Of a stretch of 64,000 nucleotides of DNA, positions 59,409 to 64,000 are shown one piece after another. The stretch is taken from the NCBI GenBank assembly GCA_964612295.1, contig CAZTDY010000005.1:70666-134665 (forward strand), read 5' to 3'. Within the stretch, counting starts at the first letter, position 1; each line of letters begins with the position of its first letter. The notes below the pieces were generated by a model. The model had not been told where the DNA came from. It saw nothing but the letters and a program-made list of their open reading frames with translations, and searched no databases. The position numbers were made by a program, and so were the translations under genes. The DNA comes from an uncultured bacterium. GTDB taxonomy: Bacteria; Eisenbacteria; RBG-16-71-46; CAIMUX01; WJJG01.

Positions 59409-60917
59409 ATGAACGCCGCCGCGGTCGCCAATCTGCCGCAGCGCGGATTCTGGTTGTCGGTTCTGTTTGCTGACCTCCTGATCCTTCTGCTCTTGCCCAA
59501 GGTCACCCTCTTGGTTCTGGTCGCGGCGATCCTCCTGCTCGTTCTGGGCGGTCTGAGACGTCCCGAGTGGATCCTGGCATTCATGCTGACCGGAACACCG
59601 CTGCTCGGTGCACTGCCTCCCCATTCGATCTCAGGCAGCGTGTTGATCTACGGGCTTCGACTCATGTTCGTGATCGGGCTGATCTGGGGGCTCCGGCAGG
59701 TTCGCCTGGGCAGTGGGGGCACAGGGTTCGGCATCGGATCCGTGGCCGGTCCGGTCCTTCGCGACAGCCGCACGTGGATTGCCATCGGACTGCTGGTCGT
59801 GCTCTGGGTCGGATTGCAGGCCACCCCTTCGCCACACTATGGGAGCGGGAAGACGGTCTCGTTCCTCCTGCTGCCGGTCTTCCTCTACCTCGCCGGAGCG
59901 CTCATGTGGCCGCTTTGGTCTACGCCCGGCCACCTGAATCGCCTCTTGCGCGTTTCTGTCGTTCTGGGGGGGGTGGTGGCAGCCTGCGGTTTGGCGGCTG
60001 CGTTGGGGGCAGACCATGAGTTTCTCCGGGCCAACCAGGGCGGGGGACTGTATCGCGGCGGTGGGCGACTGGCCTGGTTAGGGTCGAACGTGATCTGGAT
60101 GGCGCGCATCCTCGCGGTCTGGATGGTGCTGCTACTCTGGGCGGCCTCGAGAAACGTCGTGCGACCGGCAGTCGCAGTCCTGCTGGTCGTGGCCGGACTC
60201 TATCTCATGCTGCGCACCGGATCTCGCGGGCCACTTCTGGCGTTGCTGCTCTCACCTTCGGGGCTGCTGCTATTGCCGAAGAGACCGAAGCCGGCGGCTC
60301 CGGAAGTCACGCCCGGCCGATCACGTCGCTCGCGAACCTGGGGACTGGCCGTCGCGGTGGTGCTACTGGCGGTGGGTGCGCTCGCTCTGACGACGCCCGA
60401 ACAAAAGGCCACGCTGACCCAGGCCGTCGGACGGGGGACGTTCGGTACAATGCTCCAGGTGGTGGGCATCGACACGGCTTCTCTGGGAGGCGGACAGCTG
60501 GCCGCGGCAGACCCGTCCGCCAACTTCAGGCTGCAAATCGCACAAGGCGGTCTGGAGCAGATGCGCGAGGGTCTGCCCTGGGGCCACGGCACGGGCGCAT
60601 TCTCAACCGTCCTTTTTGGTCGGGACTTCCGGATCTATCCCCACAATGCCTTTGTTGAAGTTCTCTTCGAGAACGGCTTGCCAGGCTTGCTGCTCCTGCT
60701 CCTGTTCATTCTCCTCTCCTGGCGCGGTGCCATCCGGCTTTCGCGTCACACACCCGCCGCCCGCTGGCTGTGGGTGTTGCTGATGATGGCGCTCATCAAC
60801 GCTCAGGTCAGCGGAGATCTGCCGGCCAACGAGCTGATCTGGTTCTGGGGCGGGATGATCGTGGCCTTGCAGATCGCCGCGCACCGCCGGCTGCTCCAAG
60901 CGTCGCACGCAGGATAG
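59409..60917 (+). CDS. O-antigen ligase / Wzy_C-domain polymerase-like membrane protein
   Basis: About 11 TM helices, with a large periplasmic loop carrying the Wzy_C/WaaL-like motif GHGTGAFSTVLFGRDFRIYPHNAFVEVLFENGLPGLLL. Confidence 0.7.
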   Translation: MNAAAVANLPQRGFWLSVLFADLLILLLLPKVTLLVLVAAILLLVLGGLRRPEWILAFMLTGTPLLGALPPHSISGSVLIYGLRLMFVIGLIWGLRQVRLGSGGTGFGIGSVAGPVLRDSRTWIAIGLLVVLWVGLQATPSPHYGSGKTVSFLLLPVFLYLAGALMWPLWSTPGHLNRLLRVSVVLGGVVAACGLAAALGADHEFLRANQGGGLYRGGGRLAWLGSNVIWMARILAVWMVLLLWAASRNVVRPAVAVLLVVAGLYLMLRTGSRGPLLALLLSPSGLLLLPKRPKPAAPEVTPGRSRRSRTWGLAVAVVLLAVGALALTTPEQKATLTQAVGRGTFGTMLQVVGIDTASLGGGQLAAADPSANFRLQIAQGGLEQMREGLPWGHGTGAFSTVLFGRDFRIYPHNAFVEVLFENGLPGLLLLLLFILLSWRGAIRLSRHTPAARWLWVLLMMALINAQVSGDLPANELIWFWGGMIVALQIAAHRRLLQASHAG

Positions 60918-60920
60918 GCG

Positions 60921-62393
60921 GTGGTCATGGGGAATCGGGTCGCAGCAGAGTCGCCACCAGCCCAGCCCAAGTGGGCGGGATTGATTCTGGTGGGTGCCAC
61001 CCTGCTGATTGCCTTCGGACTACTCGATTCGATCGCTCGTTTCCCTCGCGGACTGCTGACCGACGACGCCTACTTCTACGCCAAGATCGCATCGAACCTG
61101 GCGCGCGAAGGCCTCGCATCGTTCGATGGAATTCATCCGACGGACGGCACCCATTTGCTGTGGACCTGGGTCCTGGCCGGCGTCTCCTGGCTCATGTTTC
61201 GTCTGACGACGGACAGCGGAGTTCATCTCTCTGCGATGATCGCGGCCTACCTCTTGCTCGCCGCCTGGATTGGAATGCGCTTCGGGCGCTCGCTCGCCTG
61301 GGCCATCGTCCTCTTTCTGCTCAGCGTCATTTTCAAGATGCTCATGGAGACGACGCTGCTGGCCTTTCTTCTGCTGATCCTGAGCGACGAACTGCTCTGG
61401 CGCCCTTCGCGAGGCAGGCGGGGGTGGTGGAAACTCATCCTCTGCGCACTCCTGGTACCGCTCGTGAGGATCGATGCGCTCTTCATGCCGATGCTTCTCG
61501 CAGTGGGAGCTCTGATCGCCCGGAGAGATCAGCATAGCGGTTGGCTGGTGGGGGCCTCGTCGACCCTGGGAGGCGGGCTTCAGCTCATCGCCAACCATGC
61601 GATCAGTGGGCACTGGACATCGGTATCCGCCCAGATCAAAGCCGCGCCCCTGGCGATCGGGCAGAACCTGGCAGCCAATCTGACCGGCCTCTACTGGGGC
61701 GGGATGCTCTCATTCGGGCTGTTTGTCCTGGCTCTCCTCTTTGCGTTCCTGCGTGCGCGGCGCCAAACGCGCCATGATCTGCGATGGGGGAGTTACGCCG
61801 CGCTCGCGACAGCCAGCGCCTTCGTTGTGGCGCATCTGCTGCTGAACAGCTGCATGCGCTATTGGTACTACGTGCCGGCCCTCTATCTGGTCCTTCAGAC
61901 GGTCATCGCGTTGTCCTCGGGCCGAAGAGGTTCCGATCTGAAGACCTTCTCGCGGGTGCTCGCGGTGGTCCTCATCACTGGGCTGATCGCCAAGTACGCG
62001 GTGGACAGTCACCTTCGGGCCCGCGAGATCGATCATTCGAGACACTTCGTTACGGAGGTCAAACGCCTGGTTCCTCCAGACGCCCCTGTGTTCCAGATCG
62101 ACGGGACCGGCTATGTCGGATACTTCACGGGGCGCACGATCATCAACGGGGACGGCCTAGCCAACACGCACGCGTTCGCACGGCGATTGCGCGAGAACGG
62201 TTTGGCTGGATATCTCGAAGAGAACGGTATCCGGTATCTGGTCCACAGTACCTATCCGGTTCAGGACAGGTTGCTTTCACATCATGGTCTCGTCGTGCGC
62301 TCAGAAGATGTGGAGGTGCTGGTGACTCCGCCTGCGGGGCTCGCCCGGCATACCGCCTTTGGGTTGTATAAGCTCAACGGGGAAGCGCCCTAA
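60921..62393 (+). CDS. GT-C-fold-like integral membrane glycosyltransferase candidate
   Basis: Multi-TM protein with an early periplasmic DDAYFY motif (DxD/DExxY-like, as in ArnT/PMT/GT39-83 families) after TM1. Confidence 0.45.
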   Translation: MVMGNRVAAESPPAQPKWAGLILVGATLLIAFGLLDSIARFPRGLLTDDAYFYAKIASNLAREGLASFDGIHPTDGTHLLWTWVLAGVSWLMFRLTTDSGVHLSAMIAAYLLLAAWIGMRFGRSLAWAIVLFLLSVIFKMLMETTLLAFLLLILSDELLWRPSRGRRGWWKLILCALLVPLVRIDALFMPMLLAVGALIARRDQHSGWLVGASSTLGGGLQLIANHAISGHWTSVSAQIKAAPLAIGQNLAANLTGLYWGGMLSFGLFVLALLFAFLRARRQTRHDLRWGSYAALATASAFVVAHLLLNSCMRYWYYVPALYLVLQTVIALSSGRRGSDLKTFSRVLAVVLITGLIAKYAVDSHLRAREIDHSRHFVTEVKRLVPPDAPVFQIDGTGYVGYFTGRTIINGDGLANTHAFARRLRENGLAGYLEENGIRYLVHSTYPVQDRLLSHHGLVVRSEDVEVLVTPPAGLARHTAFGLYKLNGEAP

Positions 62394-62442
62394 ATCGTGC
62401 GCCGGGGGGTGTCGGAATAGGCCGGGCCGACTATCCTTGCTG

Positions 62443-62487
62443 GTGAGAGAGAACATACTGTGACATTGACGGCCGTTGCTCTCTCAC
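62443..62487 (+). promoter_or_regulatory. Stem-loop (9-bp GTGAGAGAG/CTCTCTCAC arms, 27-nt loop) immediately upstream of the RBS of the 62501 gene
   Basis: Perfect inverted repeat ending 6 nt before GGGAGGAAGCC-ATG. It may be an attenuator or operator, or may occlude the RBS. Confidence 0.3.
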
Positions 62488-62500
62488 GCGGGAGGAAGCC

Positions 62501-63301
62501 ATGCGCATCACCGGTCTACTTCTAGGAATACTCCTCTTCACGCTCACCCCGGGCCAGGTCAGATCGGATCCCGACGATCTCTTCGCAGGCTATCTGATCA
62601 CCCATGCCCCAGCCGACTTCGTCTACTCAGCGGGCATGGATTGGTGCTCATCATACGGCGAGTACGGTATCTCCCATACTGCGGAGCAGATCGTGACAAT
62701 GCCGATTACGGCCGATCCCCTGAACCCCACACTGTTCTTCGTCGTGGCAGCGTTTGAGGAGGACAAAACGTGGTGTGCAACGGAATTCGGATTCTCCGCT
62801 GACTTCAACGGGCTGTTCTATTTCACCGAAAGCGGCCCCTGTCTGGCGCACAACCTCGAGAACGCGACCGATGGGTGGCCGGGCCCTGGCGAGGGAACCG
62901 CTGTCGTGGCAACCGATGTCCAATGGGAAGGCAACCTCCTTCCCGTGTATTTCTTCATCGGGTACACCTACTACGAGAGCCTGATCTCTCTCGACGTGGA
63001 TCCTGCCATGGACTTCGCGGGATTCGGCAATTGCGAACTTCCCTCCACGACTTTCGACGCCGTCTGTCTGGGGGCCATGGGGGTGGGCATGGACGGCCAT
63101 ATGTGCGGTGGCCCCGGTCCGGTATATGGCGCCTGCTGCGTGGATGGGGAACCCTGTGACTACGTCGTTGAAGACGACTGCACGGAGGTCGGAGCGACCT
63201 TCTTTCCCCACACGAGTTGCGACCCCGACCCCTGCGTCACCCCGGCAGTCAAGGCACCCAGCTGGGGCTGGGTCAAAGCGAAGTACCGTCCGACGCGATA
63301 G
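62501..63301 (+). CDS. Secreted protein with Cys-rich C-terminal module (paralog-like to 2600..3484 product)
   Basis: Signal peptide MRITGLLLGILLFTLTPGQVRS. The C-terminal 56 aa ACCVDGEPCDYVVEDDCTEVGATFFPHTSCDPDPCVTPAVKAPSWGWVKAKYRPTR. Confidence 0.75.
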   Translation: MRITGLLLGILLFTLTPGQVRSDPDDLFAGYLITHAPADFVYSAGMDWCSSYGEYGISHTAEQIVTMPITADPLNPTLFFVVAAFEEDKTWCATEFGFSADFNGLFYFTESGPCLAHNLENATDGWPGPGEGTAVVATDVQWEGNLLPVYFFIGYTYYESLISLDVDPAMDFAGFGNCELPSTTFDAVCLGAMGVGMDGHMCGGPGPVYGACCVDGEPCDYVVEDDCTEVGATFFPHTSCDPDPCVTPAVKAPSWGWVKAKYRPTR

Positions 63302-63453
63302 AGGCCGCCTTCGAAATGAGGACCTGAAGCGCTTGGGCCCACCTCACCCGAAGATGCCCGTGGCAAGATCAAACGCTAGGGGATAGACTGCAGCTCTGAT
63401 CGTCTGATGATCGGAAGCCAATGCTTATGTGACCGGGGGGGCAGGACACGAGC

Positions 63454-64000
63454 ATGATTGGTCTTAGGCATCTCCTTTCAAGACTACTCCTTGTCTGCGC
63501 GGGGCTAGCCATTGTCGCCCTCCTGCTTATCACCCTCAATCTGACCCAGGGTGAACCTCTTCGCTTGAGTCGGTTTCGAGAGACTACCTTGATATTCCAT
63601 GGTTTGATGGCGCTGGCACTCCTGATCGCTCCCGACCGCCGCCGCCGCTTGAGCCAATGGGCATCCAGGGCGCGAACCGTGTTGGAACACCCCCGCTTTG
63701 TTCACTTCGCAGTACCTATTCTGGCCGGTTTGTTTGTCTGGAGATCAATTTGTGGACATCTTGCCTATCAGACCTTCTCGCATGATTTCTCAATGATCGA
63801 TGAGGCTCTGTATCAGACGCATCAAGGCAATGTCATGTTCAGCTCCATCCTTGGCCGGAGTTTTTTCTCGGAGCACTTCTCTCCGATTCTGCTTCTTCTT
63901 GTTCCATTGCACCGGCTATGGACAAGCCCCTATCTACTCCTTGTTGTGCAGCCGCTGGCGCTGATCGGTGCGGGGCTCCTCGTGCGGCGGATCCTGCTTG
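63454..64000 (+). CDS. DUF2079-like integral membrane protein, 3'-truncated by window end; locally low GC
   Basis: ATG at 63454. TM-rich with the conserved-looking YQTFSHDFSMIDEALYQTHQGNVMFSS motif, similar to the (H)HDFDLGIxxQALWN region of DUF2079 proteins that accompany glycosyltransferases. GC ~52% versus ~66% for the window. Confidence 0.45.
   Translation, partial: MIGLRHLLSRLLLVCAGLAIVALLLITLNLTQGEPLRLSRFRETTLIFHGLMALALLIAPDRRRRLSQWASRARTVLEHPRFVHFAVPILAGLFVWRSICGHLAYQTFSHDFSMIDEALYQTHQGNVMFSSILGRSFFSEHFSPILLLLVPLHRLWTSPYLLLVVQPLALIGAGLLVRRILL

Overview
This is a 64 kb chromosomal segment with about 66% GC from an uncultured high-GC bacterium. The gene content (T9SS-type C-terminal domain, AtpZ/AtpI leader genes, lamin-tail-domain and BNR proteins) is compatible with an FCB-group or Gemmatimonadota-like lineage, but that placement is inference only. 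Housekeeping genes called on direct motif evidence: pnp (5'-truncated at the window edge), guaB, argS, ychF, uppS, a polyprenyl synthetase, and a complete F1Fo ATP synthase operon atpZ-I-B-E-F-H-A-[inserted gene]-G-D-C. The rest is mostly envelope and secretome: two Omp85-type barrels each translationally coupled to a secreted protein, paired transglutaminase-like/DUF3857 proteins, S41 and paired M16 peptidases, an MscS channel, and a Wzz / O-antigen-ligase / GT-C glycan locus. Features that the ordinary annotation does not explain:
- Three unrelated secreted proteins share a ~55-aa cysteine-rich C-terminal module (ACC..C..DC..GG..CDPNPC..SWGxIKxxYR), distinct from the T9SS C-terminal domain present on a fourth protein.
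- An IS66 transposase C-terminal remnant is fused into and splits a sensor kinase gene beside a tRNA-Met; the cognate NtrC-type regulator sits directly upstream of a sigma-54 promoter driving an unusual beta-helix-Omp85 outer-membrane protein.
- A D-glucuronyl C5-epimerase-like gene is inserted between atpA and atpG.
- AtpB carries a signal peptide plus a tandem His/Asp/Glu-rich N-terminal extension.
- A promoter-proximal remnant of a [NiFe]-hydrogenase small subunit survives with its own promoter.
- A membrane protein carries a ~330-aa Arg/Ser/Asp-rich tail.
High GC produces many long antisense ORFs, which are treated as artefacts.
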